Positions 62,521-64,000 of a stretch of DNA of 64,000 bases are shown in pieces. A model generated the notes under the pieces. The model had not been told where the DNA came from, made no database searches, and saw nothing but the letters and a program-made list of their open reading frames with translations. The stretch is from Camelus dromedarius (taxonomy: Eukaryota). Location of the stretch: NCBI RefSeq assembly GCF_036321535.1, contig NC_087437.1, positions 6,572,001 to 6,636,000 of the forward strand, written 5' to 3'. Positions within the stretch are counted from its first letter, which is position 1, and each line of letters starts with the position of its first letter. The position numbers and the translations under genes are program-made.

Positions 62521-63199
62521 GGTGTCCCTTTCTTCCTAGGAGGGAATCCGGCCCCTTGAGGCTGGCTTAAGTCCTGCTGCAGCACTGGGTCTCTGCAGAG
62601 TGGTACAGAAACTGTGTTCTCTGGGGGCGGGGGGTGGGAGTGGGAGGTGGGGAGGGTGTCCTACTCCCTGCCTCAGGGAGGATCCAGCATTTCTGGGCAG
62701 CGCTCTGCTCTGGCAAAAGCCCAGCACCCAGCAGGCTGAGCCAGAGCCCTCCAGCCAGGTGCGTCCGGCCTGAGTCACCACGCCGGGCCAGGTGAGGCTC
62801 TTAGATGGCACCTGCCTGTGGTTGGCAAGACTTCTGAGACGACTGCCTAATCCCAAATAATAATAATGACAACGATAGTGGCGATAATGGAGGGCTTTCT
62901 GTGCACAAAGCGTGGTTCAACCCCCAAAGGTCCAGGAACTCCACAAAAGGTCCTGATAAGTATTATTATCTCTTGGGAAGGCAGCAGGTTTACCTGGTGG
63001 GCAAATTCTGTGTGGGGCGGTCAGGAGTCTGAGAGACCAGGAGAGCAGGGGAAAAGACAGGCAGACAGCTGCGTGTGGAGAGTCAGGGCTGGTTCAGGGA
63101 GAACTTTTCTCTCCTCTCTCTCTTTGGAGGTGAGTTAGCAGCAGCAAATGACAGAACACAAGCTCAGGGTTTAAGATAAAGAGGTGAGTCCTGCATAGG

Positions 63200-63450
63200 A
63201 GGCCCTTTGCGCTCGCTGCATGTGGGGTCTGCAGACCCCCGAGGGTCTCCGGGGCTGGCCGGTAACGCTAGTGAATGAAAATGGTGGAGCAGAAGGCAAA
63301 CATAGTTCAAGTAAAATGAGGTAAAGATGACAATGGCCATGGCTGCTTGGCTTCGGAAGCGGGGACGATCAGGAGGGGCGGGCGTGTGGCACGCTGATGG
63401 CGCGCCGAAGGGAGAGCGCATGCGCCCACCGAAGGGGGCGTCTCTGCTCA
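63200..63450. promoter_or_regulatory. CpG-rich candidate regulatory element with NRF1, ETS and GC-box motifs
   Basis: GCGCATGCGC 63416-63425, CGGAAGCG 63354-63361, GGGGCGGGC 63375-63383. About 19 CpG by manual count. Confidence 0.45.
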
Positions 63451-63600
63451 GGTCCAACCAAAGCTTGCCCCCAGTTGCCAGCTTTTCCAATTTTGGAGAG
63501 AAGCTGGCCACCCAGATTTTCGTGAAAGGTATCTTGAATTTGAAATGTTGGCAACTAATTTGAACATTTTCAAAGGCTGTTGGCCTGCCTGGTTGGGGTC
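63228..63600. mobile_element. MER103C-like hAT-Charlie element
   Basis: ggggctggccggtaac...aagggggcgtctctgctcaggtcc...gttgccagcttttcc...gagaagctgg...aaatgttggcaactaatt. Confidence 0.65.
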
Positions 63601-64000
63601 TCTCTTGGAAGATAACCCTTCGGTTAATTCACATTTTGGAGAAGCTGAGCCTCCTTAGACACATGGGGTTGGATGAAACAGAGCTGGCGGGCTGTGCACC
63701 CCCGACCCCAGCTGGCGTCCCCAAGGTTGTAAAGGAAGCCAGTGGAAAGGAGGGGTGCATCCCCAGCTCAGTTGGAGTGGGGCTGGATCGGGCTGCCCAG
63801 GGGTGGTCAGGTGAGAAACAAACCTTTCGGCAGGAGGGCTGCTGAGATCCAGCAGGGTGACTGGAGAGAAAAGGCCACTGGGACAAGAGATTGTCTTTTA
63901 GCTTCCCCTTCCCTTTCTTTCTCTCCACTGCCCTTCCTTCCTCCCTCCCTTCTACAAATTCACCGCCCACTCACCTTGTGTCAGGAGCTTTCCTAGGCTA

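Noticed and set aside
1..64000. Six-frame ORFs of 60-162 aa as protein-coding genes
   Set aside because: None resembles a known protein except L1 ORF2/3' remnants. Many start at non-ATG codons or run through microsatellites and TEs, as expected by chance in mammalian non-coding DNA.

Overview
Mammalian non-coding DNA (intronic or intergenic), most likely from a camelid, because it carries a tRNA-Ala-derived SINE of the camelid Vic-1 type plus cetartiodactyl-style L1 3' ends. I can support no protein-coding gene, RNA gene, CRISPR array or prokaryotic-type system. The only ORFs with recognisable protein similarity are broken L1 ORF2 remnants at 19.5-21.3 kb. The window has a TE-poor, homeodomain/SOX-motif-rich left end (about 1-6 kb) and similar patches near 11.5-13.3 kb and 37.1-38.1 kb, which look like developmental enhancer sequence. 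A dense old-L1 cluster lies at 14.6-24 kb, and L2, MIR, MaLR/ERV LTRs and hAT MITEs are scattered throughout. The best-supported observations are mechanistic: a twin-priming L1 inversion that lacks its 3' end, two L1s inserted in series at the same target site, a perfect 17-bp hairpin created inside an old L1, an intact ERV1 solo LTR, a CpG-retaining MER103-like element with NRF1/ETS/Sp1 motifs, and a duplicated POU/E-box 16-mer. Repeat family names come from my recall of consensus sequences, not from a database search. Boundaries of old elements are approximate. I did not find a clearly novel biological system.
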